A stretch of 35,760 bases of DNA from Sulfurimonadaceae bacterium (GCA_041571435.1 JBFFUI010000021.1:1-35760); one strand, 5' to 3'; shown: positions 9,401 through 18,648, counted from the first letter of the stretch. Translations and numbers: made by a program. The notes: a model not told the origin generated them from the letters alone.

Positions 9401-9892
9401 GTGGGGATTGTGCGAAAACTCTCGGATAAGCTTACGCTTTACATAGAGCCAGGTTTCCCTGCATCGTACAAAACCACTACACACTTTCGCCACCGTGCCA
9501 TTATCGGTATCGGCGGCAATGTCGGCGATGTCAAACGCCGTTTTTACCATCTTCTGGTCTTTCTCAAGCGTCAAAAAAACATGACCGTTTTGCACACCGG
9601 ACCGATTTTACAAAATCCTCCTTTCGGGTACACTGAACAGGATGATTTTTTTAACTCGGTCATTGAAGTGTCGACATCTATGGGGGCGCGTGAGCTGTTG
9701 GCATTCCTGCTAAGGGTCGAAAAACGTTTCGGCCGCAAACGCAGCTTTGCCAATGCACCCCGTACCCTCGATCTTGATCTGATATTTTTTGACAGGGTCA
9801 AAATGAATACCCCAAAATTGACCCTCCCGCATCCGCACTGGTCAGAGCGAGAGAGTGTTGTCATTCCTCTTCAGATGCTGGGAACAGTATGA
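9401..9892 (+). CDS. folK: 2-amino-4-hydroxy-6-hydroxymethyldihydropteridine diphosphokinase
   Basis: IGIGGNVGD, QDDFFNSV, EKRFGRKR...PRTLDLDLI, LPHPHW; probable GTG start at 9401. Confidence 0.92.
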   Translation: MGIVRKLSDKLTLYIEPGFPASYKTTTHFRHRAIIGIGGNVGDVKRRFYHLLVFLKRQKNMTVLHTGPILQNPPFGYTEQDDFFNSVIEVSTSMGARELLAFLLRVEKRFGRKRSFANAPRTLDLDLIFFDRVKMNTPKLTLPHPHWSERESVVIPLQMLGTV

Positions 9893-10725
9893 TGCAGCCA
9901 AACAACCGCGCAAAAAAAACCCGTTTCATTGCCATCACCAGCGGTAAAGGCGGTGTCGGTAAAAGTACGATCAGCTCGAATCTGGCATACATACTGGCAA
10001 GAGCCGGGGTCAACGTCGGGATCTTTGATGCCGACATCGGTCTGGCAAATCTTGATGTCATGTTCAATGTCTCCGTTAAGAAAAACATCTTGCATCTGCT
10101 CAAAGGTGAAGCCAATCTTGAAGAGATCCTGATCAGGGTGATGGATAACCTGATCCTGATCCCGGGTGAGAGCGGAGAAGAGATACTGCAATACTCCGAT
10201 TCAGAGATTTTTGAACAGTTTATCAAAGAGGCTGAGGCCTTAAATGACCTTGATGTCCTCATCATCGACACGGGTGCCGGTATCAACAAATACACTCAGC
10301 TCTTCTTACAGGCCGCAGATGATGTGGTCGTTGTGACGGTGCCTGACCCAGCTGCGATCACGGATGCCTATGCGACAGTGAAAGTGGTCGCACGTGAACG
10401 AAGTGACATGTACATGCTCATCAACCAGGTGGCAAATGAGCAGGAAGCACGTTCGATCTTTGACCGCATCCATAAAGTCGCTGTGGGCAATATCCGCAAC
10501 GACCTGGACCTTAGGTGTTTAGGCAAGATCAACGCTGATCCAAAGGTCTCCGGTTCAGTTAAACGGCGGACTCTTTTTTCAAAGGCATTTCCGTCATCCG
10601 TGCCAAGCCGGGATATTCGTGCTGTTGCCAAAGAACTGGTCAAAAATTTTGAGCGCCGTGTCTATGTCAAACCAAAGGAGAGTGGTCTGGCGGGACTGTT
10701 TAAGCGCTTGCGGGAGCAGTTCTGA
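9889..10725 (+). CDS. flhG: MinD-like ATPase FlhG (N-terminally shortened)
   Basis: Deviant Walker A SGKGGVGKST, DADIGLANLDV, IPGESG, IDTGAG, PDPAAITDAYA; C-terminal amphipathic helix GLAGLFKRLREQF; follows folK. Confidence 0.9.
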   Translation: MMQPNNRAKKTRFIAITSGKGGVGKSTISSNLAYILARAGVNVGIFDADIGLANLDVMFNVSVKKNILHLLKGEANLEEILIRVMDNLILIPGESGEEILQYSDSEIFEQFIKEAEALNDLDVLIIDTGAGINKYTQLFLQAADDVVVVTVPDPAAITDAYATVKVVARERSDMYMLINQVANEQEARSIFDRIHKVAVGNIRNDLDLRCLGKINADPKVSGSVKRRTLFSKAFPSSVPSRDIRAVAKELVKNFERRVYVKPKESGLAGLFKRLREQF

Positions 10726-11720
10726 TGCAGACGAAGGAGTTGCTTTCCCAGCATGAAATCGATGCACTTCTGGATGTATTTAATGCATCCGATGAAGAGC
10801 GGGGCACGGATATCCTGTTTGAAGTCGGCATGTCGAAAGTGGCAAATGGCCTGGAACTTTTTTTTGAAAGCCTGGCACTACCGTTTGAGAGCCTCAAAGT
10901 GCGCAAAAGTACCGTTCGAGAGGAGAGCAGTTACACCTATTTCCCGCAATATCCCTACCTTGATAAAATCGCTATTGACAATGTACTTGCGTTACGTATC
11001 TTAGCCATGGAATACGGTGCAAAAGCAGACAATAGCGCACTTGACAGAGAACTCACCCTATTGGAAAAAGAGCTCCTGGAGGATCAGTGCGGAGAGATCG
11101 CCTATCTTGTCGAAAAAGAGCTTGGGAACTATCTGGAAAAAGATGCACACTCAGAGCCGACGGCAGACCACAGTGTACTTGTCGTGTGTGGGGATGAAGA
11201 GCGTGCCATACGTTTCTCTTTTGCTCAAGGACCTGCTGAGCCTGAGAAAGTGGTATTGTCTGAGAGACAAGCGTCTGTCGAGAGCAATGAAGAAGCAAAG
11301 ACCAAGGTAGTTGCGGTCATTGGTACAGTTGCAGCCGACAGGCTTGAAGTGGGCAGTACGTATGCACTTCAGCCCTTCAGCAGAAACAGAACGGTATTGC
11401 TACTGGATGAGAAGCTGCCCTTTATGGCAACGCGTCATTCTCAAAAAGGCGCGACACTTGCGTATATACTGCAAGAGGCAGTTCCAGACAAAAATATGCT
11501 GTGCGGGCATTACGTCACGATAGCAGACACAACGATCGATGATGCATCTCTCTTGGAACTGGACAGGGGCTCGCAGCTGGAGCTGGAGCTGTATGGCAAC
11601 GTGCAGATCCATAAAGATGCTAAAATGGTTGCAAAGGCACAGCTCACCCGCTCAGAGGGCCAGCCCGTTGTAAAAGTAGTGGGCCTAGACACCAAGGAGA
11701 TAACAAATGTCGAACAGTAA
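10725..11720 (+). CDS. Diverged FliM-like protein fused to a FliN/FliY-type SPOA domain
   Basis: N-terminal LLSQHEIDALL; IAIDNVLALRILAMEYGA...DRELTLLEKELL resembles the FliM middle domain; two C-terminal SPOA-like segments; sits where fliM-fliY normally lie. Confidence 0.7.
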   Translation: MQTKELLSQHEIDALLDVFNASDEERGTDILFEVGMSKVANGLELFFESLALPFESLKVRKSTVREESSYTYFPQYPYLDKIAIDNVLALRILAMEYGAKADNSALDRELTLLEKELLEDQCGEIAYLVEKELGNYLEKDAHSEPTADHSVLVVCGDEERAIRFSFAQGPAEPEKVVLSERQASVESNEEAKTKVVAVIGTVAADRLEVGSTYALQPFSRNRTVLLLDEKLPFMATRHSQKGATLAYILQEAVPDKNMLCGHYVTIADTTIDDASLLELDRGSQLELELYGNVQIHKDAKMVAKAQLTRSEGQPVVKVVGLDTKEITNVEQ

Positions 11721-12489
11721 ACACGTCCCAAAAGAGGTCGTAAAACGTTATGTGCGTGACATCAAGTCCGCCGATGCCTGGAGTATGTTTAAGATCATGG
11801 CCGATTTTGTCAAGGGGTTTGACGAGCTGGGTGATCTGGGTCCGGCGGTCACGGTCTTCGGCAGTGCAAGGTTGAAAGAAGAGAGCAAGTACTATCGGAT
11901 GGCGCATCTGCTCGGTGAAAAACTGGCGGCCAAAAAGTTCAATGTCCTGACCGGCGGGGGACCGGGTATTATGGAGGCGGCGAACCGCGGTGCCTTCGAC
12001 AGAGGCGGGGTCGAGTCCATCGGTCTGAACATCGATCTTCCTTTCGAGCAGGAACCTAACCCCTACACCACAAAAGAGGAAAACTTCGACTACTTCTTTT
12101 CGCGCAAAGTGATGTTGGTCAAATATTCTCTGGCCTATGTCATCTTTCCCGGCGGTTTCGGTACGCTGGACGAACTTTTTGAAGCGTTGACCCTGGTACA
12201 GACACGCAAAGTCGAAGGGGTACGGATATTTCTTGTCGGAGAGGAGTTCTATAATCCGCTGATCGATTTTATCGAAGAGTGTCTGATCTCGCATGATATG
12301 ATCGATGCCGAGGACTTTGAACTGATCACCATCAGTGATGATCTTGACTATATTGTCCGTGAGATTGAAAAGTCGCTTGAAGTGCAGATCTCAGGACTTG
12401 CCAAAGAGGGACTTTCCAACACGAAATATTTCAAGAACCTCTCCAAATTCTTTGATGAACGCCAGATCAGGTCGGGCAGAGATTCGTAG
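11707..12489 (+). CDS. LOG family nucleotide phosphoribohydrolase (TIGR00730-type)
   Basis: VTVFGSAR, TGGGPGIMEAANRGA, RKVMLVKYS, PGGFGTLDELFE. Confidence 0.92.
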   Translation: MSNSKHVPKEVVKRYVRDIKSADAWSMFKIMADFVKGFDELGDLGPAVTVFGSARLKEESKYYRMAHLLGEKLAAKKFNVLTGGGPGIMEAANRGAFDRGGVESIGLNIDLPFEQEPNPYTTKEENFDYFFSRKVMLVKYSLAYVIFPGGFGTLDELFEALTLVQTRKVEGVRIFLVGEEFYNPLIDFIEECLISHDMIDAEDFELITISDDLDYIVREIEKSLEVQISGLAKEGLSNTKYFKNLSKFFDERQIRSGRDS

Positions 12490-12617
12490 GCTTTTTTAAA
12501 GTAAAGGCTGATACCTTAACTAAATTGTAAGGATAGTCTCGCGATTAATCACTTTTTGTTATTATTCCGGCATTAGAAACCAAGAAAGACGTCTGCACGG
12601 CGTCGAGAGTAGACAAT

Positions 12618-13637
12618 ATGGCAAAAAAAGTTTTGATCGGAATGAGCGGCGGGGTCGATTCGACCGTCTCAACGATGTTGTTACAAGAAGAGGGGTATGA
12701 GGTAGAAGGGCTCTATATGCGCCTGCACTCCAAGCCGGGCTACCATGAGATCCATCAGGCACGTGCACAAAAAGCGGCCGACTTTGCGGGTATCAAACTG
12801 CATGTTCTGGATCTGGAAGAGACCTTCAAAGAGAAGGTTGTAAACCCGTTTATCGAAACCTACAAAGAGGGTAAAACACCGAACCCCTGTGCCTTGTGCA
12901 ACCGTAACCTGAAGTTCGGCGAGATGATGAAATTTGCGGACAAGATCGGTGCGGACCTCTTGGCAACCGGTCACTACATCCAGCATGACGGTACCTACCT
13001 GCTTCAGGCTGAAGATGACACCAAAGACCAGTCGTACTTTCTCTTTTACATTGACAAAGCGATTGTCCCCCGTCTTATCTTTCCGCTTGGAACACGCCAT
13101 AAAAAAGATATCAAAGCGATGGCGGCCAAGATCAAAGGACTGGAGTCATTTGCATCTCAGGCGGAATCGAGCGAGATCTGTTTTGTCGAGACGACCTACA
13201 CTGACGTCCTGAAAGATTACGTCCAGGTCGATCAGCCGGGCGAGGTCCTTGATGCAGAGGGGAATGTGGTCGGAGAGCATAAAGGGTACATGCACTACAC
13301 CATCGGCAAACGCAAAGGCTTCACGGTCAAAGGGGCGCATGATCCGCACTATGTGACCAAGATCATTCCCGAAAAAAACCAGATCGTTGTGGGGCTGAAA
13401 GAGGAGCTTGAATGCTACGACGTGAAACTCAAAGATATCAACATGTTTGACGATCGCACAAGTTTTGATACGACCGTAAAGCTGCGCTACAGAACCCACG
13501 CCGTACCGTGCCATGTCGAGATCAGCGGCAATACGGCGACCATAAAACTGCAAGAGCCTGTACTGGGTGTCGCTTCAGGCCAGGCTGCCGTCTTTTATGA
13601 TGACAACAAACTGATCGGCGGTGGGTGGATTGAATAG
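12618..13637 (+). CDS. mnmA: tRNA-specific 2-thiouridylase MnmA
   Basis: MSGGVDST, TPNPCALCN, ATGHY, KDQSYFL, ESSEICF, YTIGKRKG, GQAAVFY. Confidence 0.97.
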   Translation: MAKKVLIGMSGGVDSTVSTMLLQEEGYEVEGLYMRLHSKPGYHEIHQARAQKAADFAGIKLHVLDLEETFKEKVVNPFIETYKEGKTPNPCALCNRNLKFGEMMKFADKIGADLLATGHYIQHDGTYLLQAEDDTKDQSYFLFYIDKAIVPRLIFPLGTRHKKDIKAMAAKIKGLESFASQAESSEICFVETTYTDVLKDYVQVDQPGEVLDAEGNVVGEHKGYMHYTIGKRKGFTVKGAHDPHYVTKIIPEKNQIVVGLKEELECYDVKLKDINMFDDRTSFDTTVKLRYRTHAVPCHVEISGNTATIKLQEPVLGVASGQAAVFYDDNKLIGGGWIE

Positions 13638-14011
13638 ACCGTAAATATAACGTTTTTACGATAGACAGGACATTACGTCGAACAGATGCCGAATACTCTG
13701 GCATTATTCAAGAAAACGCATTTTTATCCTGAGTTAACTCTTCAGAGGACTCATCATCTGCATCAATTTTTTAAAAAAAACATGCTGTGGGATATGATCC
13801 CCCTTTCGCCAGACAATACACCATCGGATTCTTTTCTCTAACCCCTTGTCTACATCCGGAAATGCAATCCATGCATCATTATCGAAACGCAAAGTACAAT
13901 CGGTTAAATATTACAGAAAGTAATATTAAGCACCACGTTTATATAAAATAATTTATTGATTTGAGTGACATTTCGCACTATCCTATATACAGATTCGTAA
14001 ATTAGGAGTAT

Positions 14012-17000
14012 GTGATGCGTCTGTATATATATGTATTGACCGCTATGCTTATCCTGTCCGGATGTAGCAGTAGTGATGGTAGCAGCAGTAACGGTGGTGC
14101 GACGGCCACATCCGCAGTGAGCGGTGTGGGTGTGGACGGTTATATCGCCGGGAGTTATGTGTATGCCGATCTGGACGGCAGTGGTGATGAAAACGGTGGC
14201 GACATCAACACCACGACGAATGCAGAGGGCAATTTTACGTTCGGTTCAACGAAAGTTGCTCACGACACCTACCTATATCTGACAGGTGGAATTGATATTG
14301 CTACGAATATACCGTTTGCAGGGACACTGAGCGCCAGTTTCCAAGGTAATACAACGGTAATTTCTCCACTGTCGACGATGGTAGCTTCCTTGATGCAAAA
14401 TGAAGGTCTTGGTTATGCTGCTGCAGTAGCAAGCGTCGCTGCAATGACGGGGCTTACTGAAGAACAGGTTGTTGCTGACCCTTTTGCAGAGCCGGTTGAC
14501 ACGGATGTCTTCGTCGCTTCACAGCGTATTGTCTCCGCAGCAACAATGCTGGGCGGTGATTTTACTGCAGCAGTCGATGCCCTGGCCGCTTCGGACATGA
14601 ATATTACGGCAGCCGCAGCAGCTATGATCCCTCCTGTTGACCCTACAGATGCGCTTGCGGTCGATGCTTTTATACTCGACCTTCAAGCGCAGATGCCGGC
14701 AGTTGCCACTGTGGATGATTTGGTAGCATATCAGCTGCTTATCGCAAATGCTCTGAATAATCCTGGGGGTATTCCTGATGTTGCTGATGCTGTTGCTGTT
14801 GCCAATGCTTTGGCCTGTGTGACATTTGATGCTATCAAGGGCAGTAACCTGGTTGAGAACAACATTACGACAGACCTTGTTTTAGGCGGCTGTGAAAATC
14901 CTGATGATAACGTGACTTTTGCATGGAACAGTGACAATACGGTGATTTTAGGACATGATGGTGTTGTCATTCGACCCGATTACACTGGCGGTGACGTCAA
15001 TCTGACAGTAACGGTCACATCGGATAATAACATTTCGGTTTCGGCCGATAAAGTGTTCGCTTTGACGATTCCGCGTCTGGATAACCATGTACCTGTAGCT
15101 AACCCGGACTCCAATTCGACATTGGAAGATACGCCGATCTCGTTTAATGTTCTTGCCAATGATACGGATGCCGATAATGATGCATTGACAGTGACCGCAG
15201 TAGGCAGCGGTGTCGGTTTCAGTGCAGATGGAACGATCACCTATACACCGGCATTAAACTTCAATGGTGATTTTGTTTTTGACTATACGGTGAAAGACAG
15301 CTGGGGTGATGAAGCCAACGGTACGGTGACGATCACTGTCACGCCGGTCAACGACGCACCGGTGCTTGATGCGATCGCCGATGTCAATCTGAGTGAGGAC
15401 TTCATCACGCACTCTTTCGTGGTGAATGCGACCGATGTCGACAGTGGTTCGTTGACATACAATGTTGAAAGTATCGTACCGTCGACAATCCTTAATGCAT
15501 CATTTACGGGCAATCAGCTTGATTTGACATCGATCGCTGATCAAAATGGCGATGCAAACATTACTGTGTCTGTCACTGATGGTGATAAAAACGACACAGC
15601 GAGTTTTATCGTCCATGTCGCAGCTGTCAATGACGCGCCGCAGTTCACTTTTGTGCCGTCGTCACCGTTGATCCTGGATGAGACATCAAGTGATCGTATT
15701 ATCCGTATCGACCTTGATATCATCGATATTGATACGGATCTTTCTTTGATATCGATCCATGATGCCGTCGTCAATTCCGGTTCTGCAGGGGTATATTCAA
15801 CGAATGATGTGGGGCACTACTTTGAAATCATAGTCCCGGCTGACTCAAATGGTGAGACCAACATCACCATTACATTGGATGATGGTCAAAACCTAGTGTC
15901 AAATGATTACATCGTGCAGGTCACACCATCGCAAAGTGCAGCTACGATTACGACTGAAAGCATTTCCGTAGATATCCAAGGCGGCAGTGGACAGCATTTT
16001 GCACTTGATGTTCAACCGAGCGATGAGACCTATACCCTCTCGATAGACAATGGGGGAGATATAAACATTGCCATAGTCAGTATCTCGGGGTACGATCTGG
16101 TGGTAGATCCGCAAGGTACCGGTACTTCGACCATCACAGTCATGGCTGTCAACGACGCGAACGCCTCGCTGGTCTCCTATACAGACATCAATGTTACCGT
16201 CTACGACTCGTTGAATCAGGCGCCTACCGCCTCTGCGAGCGTAATCACCGTCCAAGTGGATAGTGCCATTGATGCGAATCTGAGTATAAGCGATCCGGAC
16301 GGTGATGCAATGACGATAGTGATGGTCACGCCGCCGGCACACGGCAGTATCATCAGCCATGATGGTTATGGTCATATTAACTATCTTGCCACTGGCAGCT
16401 ATATCGGCGATGACAGTTTTACGTACAAAGCTTATGACGACCAGAACTATTCGAATGCAGCGACGGTGACGGTGCATGTCACGGCCGCGCCATATTCAGA
16501 CAGCGGCAGTCTGACAGAAAAACCGATCACATTGGAGGAGTTCAATAGCTATCCTGGAACAACAAACTATGGCGTACCGATGTACAGTGTCTGGGAAGAC
16601 GGCTGGGCGTCAGAATCGAAGTTGACTGTCGAAAGTATCACCATCAACGAATCACCGCAGGAACTGTATATTTTCCATTATGATACGAATGCGACGGATG
16701 TCTTGCCATATACGCTTGATCCCGATGGTGTGAGCATCCTCCTCGATTTTGACCAGAATGGTACGGATGACTTGAAGGGCAAATATGTCGGTCCAGCGTA
16801 CAGTGCGGAACTGCAACTGGAATTGAACCTGACCTTGCCGGATAGTGCCGTGGGATATAAACTGGCGACGTTAAACCTTCATGAAGAGTATGAGTTATGG
16901 AGTGGTACTGAACCGTATACCACATTGGGTGATTTTATGGCCGACAAGACCTATATTCCTGCCACGCCAGGTTTCAACGATTTCAATATCGACGGCTATA

Positions 17001-18643
17001 GTTTCAAATTCGACGAAAACAGCAGCCTGGGTGATGGCAGCGGTACGATTATCCGTACAACACATTATTGGGATGGAACTGATCATGAAATCGTAACCGT
17101 AGCCGATGCCGGTACCTGGGAGTTCACGCAAACGCCTGGCGGTGACGATGTACTTATCGTCACACCGACGGTATACGGTATAACAACGGTCCGAATTTTC
17201 ATGGTCAGTACCAATGATAATTATGTCCATCAAGGTGAATACCGTCCGGCCAACAGTGCTTACTTGGAGTATAGATTCGATGAAAATACGATGCATCATC
17301 TCGCAAACAGCATTATGAATGTAACTGTAAATATACCGGAACAGAACCTGAGCAATCCGCAAGGCGAATTCATCAGTTTCAACGCTTTGGCCACGGATAT
17401 ATTGGCCTCTTATATCAATGTCAATATGTACGGTATCCGGGCGCAGGATGATTATGGAAACTATATCATCGAAACGGACCAAATCCGTTTCGACAGCAAC
17501 GGCTCTGTCATTATCACGGGAACGGGTGGTACGGAAGTTTATCCATACGTTGTTAACAATGACATCGCAACCCTCTACAATGGCGGCCAGCCTTTTGTCG
17601 ATGCGAAGATGGTCGAAACAATAACGGATGCAGCAACGATCAGTGCCATGATCGGTATACCAGAGGGTAACTTGGGTACGCCGGTGGCTTACCGTTTGGC
17701 GCATTTAGATCTGAATGAGTCGGTGGATATCTGGGACAGTAATATAACCGCAATAGACTTTATAACGACGTATTCTGATTTCGCAACCTTCCAGACGGCA
17801 TTTATGAATAAACAAGTGCCACTTGACTATACGATACCTGGTACCCAGTACATAGGATATGCAACAGGTACAGCCGGTGTCGGCGGTACCCTTGCGGAAT
17901 ATGATTTGTCCCAAAATGTTATTACAGCGTATGCCGGCACATGGGAAGTCAAAACGGTTGAGGGCAAGCAGATTATCGTCTATGACGATAGTATTCTGGT
18001 AAATCATTCAGATAGATATCCTGCTGTTGCTAAGTCAGATGTTACGGGGGTTATGAGTGAAGCGCATTATACCCCGGCTGATTCGGGTAGTGTAGAGCTC
18101 CGTTATGATCTGGCGACAAGCGAAGCGATCGCAACGTACCTGCAAGATCAGAATACCAGTGGCAATCCAATCAATTTCGGGGTCGAGACGTGGATCGACC
18201 GTGATGTCGAAGCCGTGCCGTTTATCAATGATCCGCTTTATAATGCGCATATTGAAGTCGATCCGCTGACCTGTGACACCAATGTAACACGGAGCTATAT
18301 CTGGCTTGACGGTGACAGCAGCAGCGGTAATTTTGTGATCAGCGATGATCCGACAAACTATACATACACCAGTAATGACGGAAAAGTGGTTACGATTTCC
18401 ATTTCCGGCGGTGATCCTGTCATGTACGGCAAGCTCAGCAGAGAAGTGAATGCGACCGAGTTGTCAGCGGTAACCGGGCTGTTCCTGCCGCCGTGGGCAT
18501 TAGGTTACGAAGTATCGCATGCGGATATCGCCGGTACCCAGGGTGCCAAAGAGCTCAGACTGGATGCGACGACAGTCGAATACCTTGAAAGTTATCTTTA
18601 CAACAATCCTCTAGCCAAAGGTGTTTGTATACCTGCACCGTAA
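14012..18643 (+). CDS. Giant acidic surface lipoprotein/adhesin with Ig- and cadherin-like repeats
   Basis: AGGAG RBS (GTG 14012 or ATG 14015); lipobox LSGC followed by Ser/Gly linker; repeated NDAP/N(H/Q)xP-delimited Big_9/cadherin-like units with DxDxD Ca-binding-like motifs. Confidence 0.85.
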   Translation: MMRLYIYVLTAMLILSGCSSSDGSSSNGGATATSAVSGVGVDGYIAGSYVYADLDGSGDENGGDINTTTNAEGNFTFGSTKVAHDTYLYLTGGIDIATNIPFAGTLSASFQGNTTVISPLSTMVASLMQNEGLGYAAAVASVAAMTGLTEEQVVADPFAEPVDTDVFVASQRIVSAATMLGGDFTAAVDALAASDMNITAAAAAMIPPVDPTDALAVDAFILDLQAQMPAVATVDDLVAYQLLIANALNNPGGIPDVADAVAVANALACVTFDAIKGSNLVENNITTDLVLGGCENPDDNVTFAWNSDNTVILGHDGVVIRPDYTGGDVNLTVTVTSDNNISVSADKVFALTIPRLDNHVPVANPDSNSTLEDTPISFNVLANDTDADNDALTVTAVGSGVGFSADGTITYTPALNFNGDFVFDYTVKDSWGDEANGTVTITVTPVNDAPVLDAIADVNLSEDFITHSFVVNATDVDSGSLTYNVESIVPSTILNASFTGNQLDLTSIADQNGDANITVSVTDGDKNDTASFIVHVAAVNDAPQFTFVPSSPLILDETSSDRIIRIDLDIIDIDTDLSLISIHDAVVNSGSAGVYSTNDVGHYFEIIVPADSNGETNITITLDDGQNLVSNDYIVQVTPSQSAATITTESISVDIQGGSGQHFALDVQPSDETYTLSIDNGGDINIAIVSISGYDLVVDPQGTGTSTITVMAVNDANASLVSYTDINVTVYDSLNQAPTASASVITVQVDSAIDANLSISDPDGDAMTIVMVTPPAHGSIISHDGYGHINYLATGSYIGDDSFTYKAYDDQNYSNAATVTVHVTAAPYSDSGSLTEKPITLEEFNSYPGTTNYGVPMYSVWEDGWASESKLTVESITINESPQELYIFHYDTNATDVLPYTLDPDGVSILLDFDQNGTDDLKGKYVGPAYSAELQLELNLTLPDSAVGYKLATLNLHEEYELWSGTEPYTTLGDFMADKTYIPATPGFNDFNIDGYSFKFDENSSLGDGSGTIIRTTHYWDGTDHEIVTVADAGTWEFTQTPGGDDVLIVTPTVYGITTVRIFMVSTNDNYVHQGEYRPANSAYLEYRFDENTMHHLANSIMNVTVNIPEQNLSNPQGEFISFNALATDILASYINVNMYGIRAQDDYGNYIIETDQIRFDSNGSVIITGTGGTEVYPYVVNNDIATLYNGGQPFVDAKMVETITDAATISAMIGIPEGNLGTPVAYRLAHLDLNESVDIWDSNITAIDFITTYSDFATFQTAFMNKQVPLDYTIPGTQYIGYATGTAGVGGTLAEYDLSQNVITAYAGTWEVKTVEGKQIIVYDDSILVNHSDRYPAVAKSDVTGVMSEAHYTPADSGSVELRYDLATSEAIATYLQDQNTSGNPINFGVETWIDRDVEAVPFINDPLYNAHIEVDPLTCDTNVTRSYIWLDGDSSSGNFVISDDPTNYTYTSNDGKVVTISISGGDPVMYGKLSREVNATELSAVTGLFLPPWALGYEVSHADIAGTQGAKELRLDATTVEYLESYLYNNPLAKGVCIPAP
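16496..18640 (+). repeat. Three diverged protein-level repeats in the adhesin C-terminal half
   Basis: Recurring motifs: LPDSAVGYKLA / TPVAYRLA / LPPWALGYEVS; LEYRFDENT / VELRYDLAT / KELRLDATT; AGTWE in units 1 and 2. Confidence 0.65.
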
Positions 18644-18648
18644 GCTTG

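Noticed and set aside
13855-13940. ACGCAAAG plus a hairpin resembling a c-di-GMP-I riboswitch upstream of the adhesin
   Set aside because: The GGCAAA-led P2 stem with GNRA loop and the P1 pairing are missing.
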